Below, piece by piece: positions 12,669-25,100 of a stretch of 64,000 nucleotides of DNA (positions within the stretch are counted from its first letter, which is position 1; the number at the start of each line of letters is the position of its first letter). The stretch covers positions 152,148,001 through 152,212,000 of the forward strand of contig CM075977.1 in the NCBI GenBank assembly GCA_038087875.1, given 5' to 3'. Origin of the DNA: Malacoraja senta (lineage: Eukaryota). The notes under the pieces are model-generated. The model did not search any database. It saw only the letters and a list, made by a program, of their open reading frames with translations, and was not told where the DNA came from. The translations under genes and the position numbers were made by a program.

Positions 12669-13461
12669 TTACTGTTACCTTAGCTGATATCAAGTAACTG
12701 CAAGTAGGAAAATAAAACCAGGCTTCTCCATTCTGTGTATCTCGGTAAAATCCCCGTGCACAAACGAGCACCAATAGTGATTGTGCAGAAACTTTTTTTC
12801 TGAAACAGAGCTTTAATGTTTTCCATTTAGCACAATAGACTGGAAATATATAACTAATGAATCAATTTCAATTTGCATTTTAATTTAATTTTGCATTTTA
12901 ATTGAAAAAAGTTGTTAAGAAACTGTAGTATCTGCAAACAGACATTTTGTTATTATTCATACACTGCACTCACCACTACATACTACAAGCTTACTGCTAT
13001 TCATGTTATTGTATCAAGCAAAGCTTAGTGTTAGGAACTTTGTCTGAAATAATGTGTTTGATCAAATCCCATAATAATATACATCATTGCATCCAGATAA
13101 TGTAAGTGCATTGCTCATGATTGAACGTTTTGGGTATAATTCCTTCTTTAAGATGTGATTAAATAGGGCATAATGTTACTCAAACCATAAGGGAATATAG
13201 ATCAGAGCATTGATTCAGATGTCTTGCAGCATTCCATATTTAATTGTGATTAAGTTTAAGAATTAGACATTGGAGAACATAATACATCAGCCGCACTGAT
13301 GTCTCTGACCAGTGCTCCTGTTCATAATACTGTCATTTGAAATTTTACCTCATAAACTTTGTCTAAAATTAAGTATTTCATCAAATGTCTGAAACAATGT
13401 ACATCACTTCCACTCAATGCAACAGTTCCCTCAATGTTATTTTTCTATTTGTTTGGCGCAG

Positions 13462-13623
13462 ATACTCGTGTGGGGAATTGTTTTTTGGAGTATGGCCAAC
13501 GAGGTGACGGAGGCCTGTCCTGCAGTGTCGACATTGGTGTTGGTGTCACTCGTGCTTCATGCTGTTGCTCTCTGGGAAGTGCCTGGGGTAACCCTTGTGA
13601 AATCTGCCCTGATGTCAATTCAA
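13462..13623 (+). CDS. FBN3: Fibrillin exon, TB4 first part with RGD motif (exon-37 equivalent)
   Basis: cgcag|...|gtatgt; 162 bp; [54 protein letters not shown]; CCC triplet of TB domains. Confidence 0.93.
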
Positions 13624-13973
13624 GTATGTATACTCTTTCATAGAACAGTTGTGGATCAGTGCAGAGTAAACATGTTTTCCTTAGAAGCAAAAACATATTC
13701 TACTGTGAATAAGGGATTGATAAAGATGAGAAACAACTATTTCTTACTTGTATTCACAGTAGAAGACTAAAAAAAAAAAACTTAATATAGTGAGGAACTA
13801 GGAGTTTAATGAGACGAAGACTACAAGTGTATTTATTTTTTGCCTTCAGTATCATTGGCTGTGTCATTGTGCTTTTTCCTAACTGAAGAGTCTGGAACAA
13901 TTCTCAGGGTGATGGGTCAGCCATTTAGGGCCAAGGTAAAGGTGCAGAGTTTTGTGAATCATTGAAAGTCTGA

Positions 13974-14174
13974 AGGGCCTGTCCCACTTGGGCTTCATTT
14001 GTGCGTCACTCAGGTGGCGAGCGAAGATTTTGTGAATCCCAAAATCCTGGGGCGCCGCGCGTGACCGCGCGTCACTGCCTACTCCACCACGCCTCACCAC
14101 GCACCATGACGTCGTGATGCGTAAATCATGTCGTGTAAATGGCGCACAAATGACGCCCAAGTGGGACAGGCCCT
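13974..14174. mobile_element. PIF/Harbinger-type MITE (same terminus, different core)
   Basis: TIR agggcctgtcccacttgggc...; flanks TGA / TAA; largely palindromic. Confidence 0.8.
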
Positions 14175-14463
14175 TAATAGGTTGTGGATGGTAATCTAAC
14201 ACTGAGCATTTCAGAACATTGGTGGAGTACTGGTTTTGAGGATTTGCAATTGCACTCTTTAGTCTGTTGGCCAGTTTCCCAGGGATTCATTTGAATGCAT
14301 TTGAATACTATCAGGGAATCATTGACCTGCTGCCTATGATTTTACATCAAATAAATTGAATTAGTACAGCTAATAAACGAAAAATAACTTCTGCTATATC
14401 ATGCTCATTAAAAAATAAGTAATCCTCATGCCAGAATTAGTTTCCACAAAAATGATGTATTCC

Positions 14464-14515
<52 letters not shown>

Positions 14516-14600
14516 AACATTATATGTATATAGTTATATACATATATATATGCATATGTACATATATGCATACTATATATATACCATATACAGGAATATA
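14464..14600. repeat. (TA)n/(CA)n microsatellite abutting the gap
   Basis: Direct reading. Confidence 0.9.
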
Positions 14601-14821
14601 NNNNNNNNNNNNNNNNNNNNNNNNNNNNNNNNNNNNNNNNNNNNNNNNNNNNNNNNNNNNNNNNNNNNNNNNNNNNNNNNNNNNNNNNNNNNNNNNNNNN
14701 NNNNNNNNNNNNNNNNNNNNNNNNNNNNNNNNNNNNNNNNNNNNNNNNNNNNNNNNNNNNNNNNNNNNNNNNNNNNNNNNNNNNNNNNNNNNNNNNNNNN
14801 NNNNNNNNNNNNNNNNNNNNN
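14601..14821. other. Assembly gap (221 N)
   Basis: Run of N; exon order is collinear across it. Confidence 0.98.
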
Positions 14822-14976
14822 GAACAGTGAAGAACTATAACAGCATCAAATACATGGATATTTGTTATAGCATATGATGCTTTGATTCATATATATGTAT
14901 ATATATGAATCATCAAAGCATCATATGCTATAACAAATATCCATGTATTTGATGCTGTTATAGTTCTTCACTGTTC
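14822..14976. repeat. Perfect 65-bp inverted repeat at the contig edge
   Basis: 14822-14886 is the reverse complement of 14912-14976, around a TA-rich palindromic centre. Confidence 0.92.
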
Positions 14977-15791
14977 TTCATCTGCATATACAAAATCAAC
15001 TAAGGTTACATCAGAGCCATCTTCTGGTTCTGGGCCAATTTACTTAAGACCTTCTGGCATCTTCTGCATATAAACAGTTCCAAGAATACAAGATTGAATA
15101 ACATTAGGAACGTGGGAATTATAGAATGAGGGGAAAAAACACAAAGTTGTTCTTGTTTGCTTTCTGCCATCATTTACTAAGATGATGATTAGGAAACAGA
15201 TACCTTTAATTTGAAAGAATATCACCACATAGTGAATCAAACAGATCTGTGTTCTAACAAAGTTGTAGGCATATTTAATTTTGTGTAAATTTGGTGGCTA
15301 ACTCAGAACATTATAGGTTAAAATCCACTCCAAACCAATAGTTATATTCCTCATTGCTGCACTGCTACATTTTCCAAACTGCAATAATGATTGTAGTTTA
15401 AAACAATTTACTGGCTGTCAATAGAGCACTGTGGGGATGGTGAATAGAAGAGTAGTTGAAGGCTATAAATAGATCCGTGTATTTTTTTCATTGAGAAAAT
15501 ATTAATTGAAAGTAATGATATGATTGAACAAAATAAAATTGATGAGCAAATGTTTGAATTAACACAAATTTGGACTGCTGTGCAATAGTGTTTAAAATTA
15601 GCTATGATGTATTGTGCCTGGCAAGCAGAGGATTCACATTGTAATAATATACTCAAGACCTGAAATATTGTATGTGTGGACGAGAAGACCTCATTTTTTG
15701 TTATGCAAATAACAGGGTCAACCATTCGTAACAAAATTCCATAGTTTGCTGAAATAACAACTTTGAATGTCTCTGGTGTTTATATTCACAG

Positions 15792-15860
15792 CTGAATACA
15801 AGATACTTTGTCCAGGAGGTGAAGGATTTAAGCCCAATGCTATCACTGTCATTTTAGAGG
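15792..15860 (+). CDS. FBN3: Fibrillin exon, TB4 second part (exon-38 equivalent)
   Basis: cacag|...|gtaagt; 69 bp; (T)[22 protein letters not shown]. Confidence 0.92.
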
Positions 15861-16247
15861 GTAAGTGGATAATTACCATCCTGAGGAACATTCTAACCCA
15901 TTGACAAAGTATTCAAGACTTGGAAATGTCTTCTAATCATGGTTTACATCTCGCCATAAATGACTAAATGTCACATGACTGCAATACAAGTTAATGAGTG
16001 CAGATGTTGGAAATGAAAAAAAGCAGAAAAACAATAAATAGACGATTAAAGGAAGAACATAAAGGGCAGTCACCTCAAACAGCCTAATTTGAATAAATGA
16101 CTAGAACAGCCAACATGGGTCACTTATGTGGAAAGAGAAATGTAATGTTTCATGTCTGGGACAGGTAGCAGTCTACCTTCCTAAGAATGACTAATTTATT
16201 CCTATTCTTTCCTTAATCATTTTTCTATCCAGGCTAATATAATACAT

Positions 16248-16351
16248 GTCTGAGAAAGGGTCCTGATCAGAAACATCACTTGTCCATGTTCTCCAGAGGT
16301 GTTGCCTGACCCGTTGAGTTACTCCAGCACTTTGTGTCCTTTTGTGTAAAC
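16248..16351 (+). mobile_element. Degenerate PLE 3' tail
   Basis: ctgagaaagggtcctgatcagaaacatcac...gagttactccagcac. Confidence 0.65.
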
Positions 16352-16473
16352 TGTTAAAGAAAACTTTAATACACAACACAAATATCGGAAAAAACAGTCA
16401 ATACTTTATTCAAGAGCGCCAAATACAGTGATCACTGGGGGGCAATCTAGGATATTGCTCAACGAACAAAGAT

Positions 16474-17719
16474 TCATCTGCTCCTTTTGATGTTCTGTTT
16501 ACCATCATGTACTGTGGCTGCTTCTTTGCGGATATGATCAGCCAGGTTGGTGATGTTTTCACTTGCATCAGGGATATATGTGCAACATGCTGGTCCTATT
16601 ACAGCACATGTTCCCCCTCTTTCTGCTAGGAGGAAATCCGAAACCATTTGATTCTGCAGGGCAACTGTCCGGATGACCACAGTCTCAGCATTTATTTCTT
16701 TAATAGTTATGGAGGTATCATTGGCAACCTTTTCTAACACAGAGGCTAGATTGATGCTGCCTCTCTCCACCTTTCCCACTCCACACCATGGGAATGCAAT
16801 AGCAACAAACCTTTCAGTCTCAGTGATATCCCCTTTTATCCATGGTGACTGGGTGTACATTTCTGATAAGGAGGTGGAGTGGCGAATGAAAAGCACCACA
16901 TAGGCCAAATAACAGGAACCTGACCAATCCTGGGACATCCAGGCATAAACCTTATGGTTAAAAAAAAGTAGTTACCATTGTAGGTGGTAAAGGATTCTTC
17001 CGAGAGGGGAAACCAGGTGTCTTGAAAAAGATTTCCAGTTGAACAGTGGCCATAATGTCTCCCGTATGTATACCATCATAGGGACCATCAGAGACATTAA
17101 AATATTGTTGGCACAAACTGCCCCCACATTATGGCCTCTCCTCTGTCGCCTGTTAAGGCAACTTGCCCCCTCCGGCCTCCCTTCGCCAGAGGTATTAGTA
17201 AGGGCCAAGAAAAGGGAATGTCAGGAACAACTGTAGTTGGGCTGGTACCACCGCAAGAAAGTGTTTAAGGGGGGGGATACCTCCTTTAAAATGGGTAGGT
17301 GCGTGTGTACATACCCAATAGCTGGAAAGATTATTTATTTCTGCATACTTATAAGCCATATATAAAAAAACATATGAACATTATCTCCATTTTAAGTGTT
17401 ATGTCGTTCACCGCCTCTCCTTTCCCGCCTCCTATACCTTAAACTAATCTGGCATGCCTTGTCACCACAGCGTATGTAACAACCATTACTTCAAACACCA
17501 GTTATGAACATTTTATGGAAAACTGCACTATGTCTCGTTAATTGTGTCAGCGTCCATTTCCATGCATCAGACATTAGTAAAGCATTGTTACATGTTACCA
17601 CTTTGCCAAAACATAAATACACATTTTGGTTAATTGATTCTTCACATATTTTCTGGACAGTTTCATTCTGGTCGACCAAGATCATACAGCAGTTATCGCT
17701 ACCAACTGGTACTTCATGT
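16474..17719 (-). pseudogene. env: ERV env remnant (SU, degenerate cleavage site, TM ectodomain; membrane anchor missing)
   Basis: ATG overlaps the pol stop (ACATGA) and starts a hydrophobic MKYQLVAITAV; fusion-peptide-like RFVAIAFPW; immunosuppressive domain and CX6CC. Confidence 0.8.
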
Positions 17720-18850
17720 TTCACCGTCCTGGTTCTTCACCTGTTTACAATGCGAAGCATGAATCCAGTTCGTTTTTCCTGCATATTTTCCTGCAGTATT
17801 TATTACCAGAAGCACCTTGCCCATATTGGAGATAGGGCATGTTTCTGTTTATGGCCTTTAACCATTATCCAATATACCCCGGACTTGTACTGTAACATGG
17901 CTCCGAGGTGACTTGCCCTTGCGCCTCCTGTACGCATTCCCTATTTTCCTTTTGGGCCGTCAGAATTCTTCTACAATATTCTACCATTTGTCTCGCTCCT
18001 CGTAAAGTAACATCCTCTCTACCATCCCATCCTAGTGGTGTTCTCATTACTCTTCCCATGATTACTTCATATGGGCTTAGGCCAGTCTGGGGGTCAGGAG
18101 TCATTCTCACACTCGTTAGCACAAAGGGTAGTGCATCAGGCCATTTCATTCCAGTTTCGTGACAACATTTTGCCAATTTGGTCTTGATCCTCCCATTGTG
18201 TCTTTCCACCATGCCTGATGATTGTGGGCGATATAGGCAATGTAATTTCTGTTTCACTCCCTGTGCCATGCAAACTGCTTGCATTATTTCCCTGTAAGAT
18301 CCGATCCTCTGTCACTATCTAAGTATCCTGGTGATCCATACCACCAAATTATTTCTCTTAACAATAATTTTACTACAGTGGTGGTGTCAGCTTTTCTAGT
18401 AGCGAAAGCTTCCACCCATTTAGAGAAGGTATGTACAATAACTAATACATATTCCTTCCCTTCTTCTTTAGGTAATTGTATAACATCTATCTGTAATCGT
18501 TCCAAAGGTTCCTCTCCCTTCATCACATGAGTCTGGCGCGTTTGTACTCTTTTTCCCTGCGTTGTACTTGCGAGATACTGCACATCCTGCGCAGTACCAA
18601 ATACTGCTTTGGAAGAAAATCCCGGTGCATACCAGTGTTTGTATAGTAATTTAATCATCCCCCCTTTGCTCACGTGACTTTGTCCGTGAGCAACAGCTGC
18701 TAAATAGGGAAACATCTGTTTAAGAACAATTTCCTGAATGTCCCTCAATAAATATGTCAGGATTCCAAAAGAAATGATAAGATGGTAAAGGGAAGTGTAA
18801 GTGATAAAGGGCCTCATGGAAGCACCTTTGGCTACCTTATCAGCCATATC
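17716..18850 (-). pseudogene. pol: ERV pol remnant (RNase H end and integrase)
   Basis: ORFs 18284-18847 and 17865-18284 join by frameshift; DDE-region motifs; C-terminus WIHASHCKQVKNQDGET-stop. Confidence 0.85.
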
Positions 18851-19636
18851 ATTACCTTATGAGACCATATCTATAGCACCTGTATGGGAGGCACACTTTA
18901 TCATAGCTATTTACTCTGTTTTGTAGAGCTTGGAGAAGGGTATCAACGAAAAGGGCTGTTACAAATGGGGGTTCCTGCAGAAGTGAGGTAACCCCTCATT
19001 CCCACTAATGTACGTTTCTCCTGCCGCTATAACACTATTTAATTTCACACATTGGGGACCAGCCCTATCTGACAGGATTTTAACCATTACTTGATCTCCA
19101 TTGTTTAGCATTTTAATTTCAGTACTTTCTTTTTCCAAATCATTGATCCCCTAATGATCAATTACTTCATTTTTAAGTTTGTGCAATGTTTTTCCAGATG
19201 CATCCGCAATCTCTTTCCCTTCCCTTACAGACCTCTGCTCACCTTTCTTTCAAAATTTGGATAAATTAGGCCAGATTGTGCTGCTCACGAGGTGACAGTT
19301 TCATTCAGAGCTGTTTCCTGCACCGCTGCTGACCTCCCTATTTTCTAGTCATTGGTGTTGCATTTCTTACCCTCCAATCCTGACATCCTGACAAAATTTA
19401 GCTGATTTTAGAAACCCTTCAGTAATACATGTGCAATATCTGCAATCATCTTGTCTAGAATCCTGGGATTGGGGCCATTTGTACTGGGTTTTGTGTACCC
19501 TTAATCTCCCTGGTATATTATTTCTGCTCTATTTAATATGACTTCAGATGTGAAGATTATTTTTAATGTAATACTTCCGTTAATCTCTTTGGCTATGCAG
19601 TTCTGTACAGGGAGATTATGTCATTTGTCATGGTGA

Positions 19637-19816
<180 letters not shown>

Positions 19817-20314
19817 TGAATGCATGGAACTTTTCTGTAAATGATGATTGCCGAGAAGTGTGGGTATTAATGTTCATCCCAGGCCAATCTATAATCTATG
19901 TAATTGTCTTCTGTAAGAGAGAGTGAAGAATGTAGGAGAGTACCTTTCAGTGTGTTCAGATGATGTAGCCGCCACAGTGAATAGATGGCAAAGTGTGATA
20001 ACTCGGAGGAGTACATTACTCTGGTGGAATGATAAGTGTGAAATGATTCATGTGAATGTTAGGTTTGAGTCCTTGATTGATAGAGGTTGTTGGTCAGTTG
20101 GTGCTGGAAATGATTAGGACTAACGATGAAAATTGGAACAATCCATCTGATCAATTACCTTCATGGTTATATAAACGTCTAAACTCATCCTTCAATCCAG
20201 AGAAAGCAATCCAAACCTATCCAGCCATTCTTTATACCTCGAGCCACCCTAATCTGGCGACATCCTTGTGAGTCTTTTCTGCACCGTCACTAGCTTAATC
20301 ACCACTTTCCATCT

Positions 20315-20440
20315 TCAGACTTGGTCTCGACCCAAAAAGTCACCTATCCATGTTCTTCAGGGATGCCGTCTGACCTGCTGAGTAACTCCAGCACTTCTTG
20401 TCCTTTTGTGTATTAACCAACATCTACAGTTCTTAGTTTC
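20315..20440 (+). mobile_element. Degenerate PLE 3' tail
   Basis: ggtctcgacccaaaaagtcacc...ctgagtaactccagca. Confidence 0.65.
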
Positions 20441-21242
20441 TGCACTCTAATCCTTAAAAAAATCTAGTCACCCTTTTGTTCATAATATCTTTATAGAATC
20501 TTTTTGAATTCACCATTACCTTATCTGTCAAGGATATCTAGGGTCTACTATTTGCTCTCATGGTTTCCTTTTTTGGTATCTGTGCAGCACCTGCACACCA
20601 GAACATTGAACTGCCAGTCCTGTCCATCCTTCACCATGTAATAGCTATAATATCACAATTCAATGTGCCTATCAATGCCATGAGCTCAACTTCCACAGTG
20701 AATAGATGTCCGGCTTCTTTCCTGAAGATAAATCCAGTTTAATCTGTCAGTGCCAATTTATTCCTTGAGTTCAAAGCCGGTCTTTCCTCATGCCGCAAAA
20801 CTGGCTGTTGTTGCTGCTGCTGACGTCCACTGAGAGGATCCCTACCTTCCCCACCCCCAACAGTATCCAAAACACCTTCCCCACCCTCAACAGTATCCAA
20901 AACTATACACCTTACTGAGGAGAACCTTGAGTTCAAAACAAGAATATTTTTTAAATCAAAGAGGCATAGATTAATATCTCAGCGCATGTTTTTCATTGTG
21001 ATCCAAATGAGTCTCCAGTGAGTGAAAACAGTTATGAGACATCTAGGGTAGGAATTCACCTTTGTTTGAACAATTGTTCATGCAATATAGTAATGTCTGT
21101 GAAATCAATGGAACCAAATCAGGGTTGTGAACTTCAATATGTTTTGCTCACTACATTACATTTTTAAGGCAAATTCATGTCTCCCACTGAATAATGCTTC
21201 CTGTTCTGAAAATAAAGTAATCTGCTGTGTATGTTTTCACAG

Positions 21243-21368
21243 ATATTGATGAATGCATCACCTACCTTGGCATCTGTGGACCAGGCACATGCTACAACAC
21301 ACTAGGCAACTACACCTGTGTCTGTCCTCCAGAGTACATGCAGATAAATGGTGGAAACAACTGTATGG
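21243..21368 (+). CDS. FBN3: Fibrillin exon, cbEGF24 (exon-40 equivalent)
   Basis: cacag|...|gtgagt; 126 bp; [42 protein letters not shown]. Confidence 0.93.
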
Positions 21369-22733
21369 GTGAGTCCTGCTGATTATTACAACATTATTTA
21401 ATACAAAACGTAACTCCATGAGAAATAACAATTAAATAATTCTCCTTTCATACTTTTATTGAGGAAAGACTGTAAAGGGTATGTAAACCAAAATTTCCAT
21501 CTGCATTTCAATACATCAGGGTGAGGGTTTAGTATTGTGGTTGTCATAGGGATAATCAGTCATCCTTGTTTTAAGTTCATGGCCTTTAATTTCAAGGGCT
21601 TCCATCTGTGAAATAATGTTTTGATTACAGTGATTTTGTTGGCAATCATATGAAGCTGGATGAATGTCACTCCAGGAAATAGTCAGGGCATAAAATTGTT
21701 CAGGAAATTGGTACTTCAGATCTCTTCCTAGAATACTTTCAATGAGTGCATCTATTGATTGCAGCTGAACTTGACACAGTGTCAGCAGTATGCTAAAGTG
21801 AAACAGTGATGTGTAGAAAATGCATGCTTTTTTGGAAAAAATGTTAGATGTTCATTATTAATGATATTTAAAAAATATATAATTCCCTTTGTATTTAAAT
21901 TGGAGGAATATGAGGAAGTTATTTCATTCTGAAATTACATAAGAAGCAAAGTTTAATTGAGATTGTTTCATTTGTGAATGTACAAGGGAAAGATGTGCAT
22001 ATGAAAATAAGGGCCACTATGTACCTTTAAAGCTATAAAACGGAAACCAACTAATACCGTTAAAAATCGTCATCATTGTGTTTACACAAGTGTACGAATT
22101 GATTAATTTTTATTTCCTTTGACATTCATCATGGATGGCCACCTATTTTGGGCAAATGGCAATAACCATTATGTATAATCAGTTACGCAGGCTCCTTTTA
22201 TAAATATGAAGTGGTCCGGCTATTTCAAGCAGTCATTTAGATCATTCACTAAATAGGCACCACATTAATCATTTTCATCAGTTGAATCAGTCATTTGTCT
22301 TAATAATCGGTTTCAAAATAACATGAAATTGAAAATATGAAGAGTGATAGAAGAACAATGAAATTTGCTATTTTGATCTTTAAAACCTGAATATTATTTT
22401 CTTTTAGACTCATGAATACATTAGCTAGCTCTATTTCTTATAGCAACAGAATAAGGAAATTGTACTGGGCTAAATATGAGAAATCTTGCCACAGAGCTCC
22501 AAATTAGGAAGCTTTATGTGCCCACTGTGTCATTTTCCTACCTGTAGAATTTGTAGCCCTTTAAGTATCACATGTAATTCAAATTCAAGTGGCAATTAAT
22601 AGAAGAATGGCAGTACGTGATTGAATTTTCGATTGGAAAGAGCAAATTAGTATGTGCTAATCTAAAATATCTTAATAACTAAAAACAGAAATTATGCCAA
22701 ATTTGGATTCATGTACTATGTTTTATATTTCAG

Positions 22734-22883
22734 ACATGAGGAAAAGCCTATGCTACCGGCACTACAATGAAACCTGTGAGAATGAGCTTGGCTTCAACCT
22801 AACCCAAAAAATGTGTTGCTGTTCCTACAATGTTGGTAAAGGCTGGAACAAACCTTGTGAACCCTGTCCAACCCCTGCAACAT
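22734..22883 (+). CDS. FBN3: Fibrillin exon, TB5 first part (exon-41 equivalent)
   Basis: ttcag|...|gtgagt; 150 bp; [50 protein letters not shown]. Confidence 0.93.
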
Positions 22884-24019
22884 GTGAGTCATCAACCTCT
22901 CTTGTCAACTGCTTTGCACATGTTACACTTAGTTCATGAAAGCCAAATATTTAGCTAGAAAATGTATCTTTTCAAGCAAATAAATTGATGGCTTTGCTAA
23001 AATACTTATTAAAAAATCTATATGCAAGGCATTCCCAATACTGGGAAAACTGAGACAAGGAAATAATGCAAGAATTCAATGCAATAGATTTCATTTGACC
23101 CTATGGTGTTTAATAGGCATTGTGACTGGCAACTACTGTATGAGTTGAAAGTGGAAGTTGGTTACATTAGCTGTTTTTTATAAGTACATTTCTTTGCCCA
23201 CCTGAATGGAATTGAATGAAATATTTAGTCTCTCCTACCCTATAATTCCAAGTAATACCCCACTCACTGGAATTCAATACCCGCACAAATAAGTGGTTGA
23301 GGAATTGGTGGCAGGCAATCATTTTATTCTTGCCGTCTCAGAATTGCAACAACTCTTAAAGTCTTGTGCAGAAAATTTATGCTGATTCAAAATAAGATGA
23401 TTTATGGTGATGCAAAGAACAATTATATCGTAACCAGTTGAGTTTTTAATTATCATCTTCTGCAATGAGGAACATAAAATGACTATGTGTGCATATAAAG
23501 CAAATAAGGTTGTTTTCACTGAGGTAATCCATGGGATATCTGCGAGTGTGTATATTGAGATGTGATAATTTGAAGTTTCAGTGGCTAATCTCCCATCCAG
23601 TTATTTTGTTCCCACCAAGTTTCTATGGCCACATGTTGGTTCGATTTTCAAATTTGCATTGTCCTCAAAAGTGAATTCATTAAAGTCGACACAATAGAAA
23701 AGGTCTAGGAAGCAATACACACAGAATAAAACTGAAACAAAGCATTCACTTCAAACTTGTATCAAACAGCTGAATTCATCAGAATTGCTCTTTATTCAAA
23801 AGAGAAGAGGACATTATTAATAGTTCAATGTGTCCTTTGTTATCAGTGTTTACTTTGAAACTGAAGCTACCCACAATACAGTACTTAATAATTCCATGCA
23901 AAACAATCTTAGTTACTCTTGATTGACCATGTCCTTGTATTTCTTTCCTGTATTATTGTTCAATAATTTAAAGCTATGCAACTAAATCTTCCATGCTGTG
24001 TAAAAGGCATAATGTCTGA

Positions 24020-25100
24020 TAAGTGTATGATTATACATTTGGGGGGATCTAATTATGATCAGACATATACCTTGAATGGCAGATCTCCAGGCAATGTTGG
24101 GTAACAAATATACCCTGATATACAAATCCCAACATCCCTGAAGATGGCAGCACAGGTGGATAGTGCAGTGAAGAAGGCATATGGAATGTTTCATTCATGA
24201 ACCAGCATTAAGAGTATAAGAGCAGGGTAGATTTAGTACGATGTTTTAGGCCACAACTGAAATATCATATGCAGTTTTAATTGTCACACTGTCAGAAGGA
24301 CGTGATTGCACTGGAGAGGGTGTAGTGGTGATTCACCAAGGTGTTGCCTGATATTTTGTTTCAGTTACATGATAGGTTGGTCTTATTTTTCTTGAACCAG
24401 AGGAGGTTGAGGGGGATCAAACAAAGTATACAAAATTTGAAGAGGCATAGGTAGTAAGAAACCTTTCACCATGGCAGAGATACCTAAGAGCAGGGGGCTT
24501 CCGTTTAAGGTGAAGAGTAAAAGCTTTCATAAGTTCTTGGAGCAGAATTAGGCAAATCGGCCCATCCACTCAACGCCGCCATTAAATCATGGCTGATTTA
24601 TCTTTCCCCCTCAATCATATTCTCCTGCCTTCTCCCCATAACCCCTGACACCCTAGGCGAATCAAGAATCTGTCAATCTCTGTCTTAAAAATATTTCTGG
24701 TAATGAATTCCGCAGATTCACCTGACCAAAGAAATTCCATCTCATCTCCTTTCTAAAGATACGTCCTTTCATTCCGAGGTTATGGCCTCTTTATGACTCC
24801 TCTGATGGTAAACCAGTGGAAACATCCCCTCCACATTCACACTATCCAGGCCTCTCACTATTTTAGTGGGAATCTGAAGAGAATTTGGTGGTCACAATCT
24901 TTAATTTACTGACTGAGAGGGTAGTGGAGACAGGTTCTCTCAAAATATTTAAGAAGTGTCGGGATGAGCATTTTGAATCACCAAGGTATAATTGATTACA
25001 GACCAAGTGCTGGTAAATGGATTTATTATAAGAAAGCATTTGATGGTCCGCAGAGAAATCATGGGCCACAATGCCTATTCCAATGCTTTATGGCTCTAAT
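24020..25100 (+). mobile_element. Decayed CR1 3' region, interrupted at ~24535-24860 by an opposite-strand CR1 3' end
   Basis: Similarity to the CR1 copies at 40740-42245 and 26317-26700; boundaries approximate. Confidence 0.65.

Larger units (their letters stand above)
16352..19000 (-). mobile_element. Decayed class I (gamma/epsilon-like) endogenous retrovirus: RNase H, integrase, env, partial 3' LTR
   Basis: RNase H RGYLTSAGTPI and GNDMADKVAK; integrase LQIDVIQLP...FSKWVEAF...SDRGS...PQSSGMVERHN...WIHASHCK; env TM LQNQMVSDFLLAERGGTCAVIGPACC; AATAAA (16405-16410) and terminal CA (16352) on the minus strand; multiple frameshifts and stops. Confidence 0.88.

Noticed and set aside
14428-14877. 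ORFs spanning the first gap (and 35808-36171 spanning the second)
   Set aside because: Artefacts of microsatellite and N runs.
16474-16938. Domesticated (syncytin-like or secreted) env gene
   Set aside because: The signal peptide is frameshifted, SU is broken, the cleavage site and immunosuppressive domain are degenerate, and the anchor is deleted. This is consistent with neutral decay.
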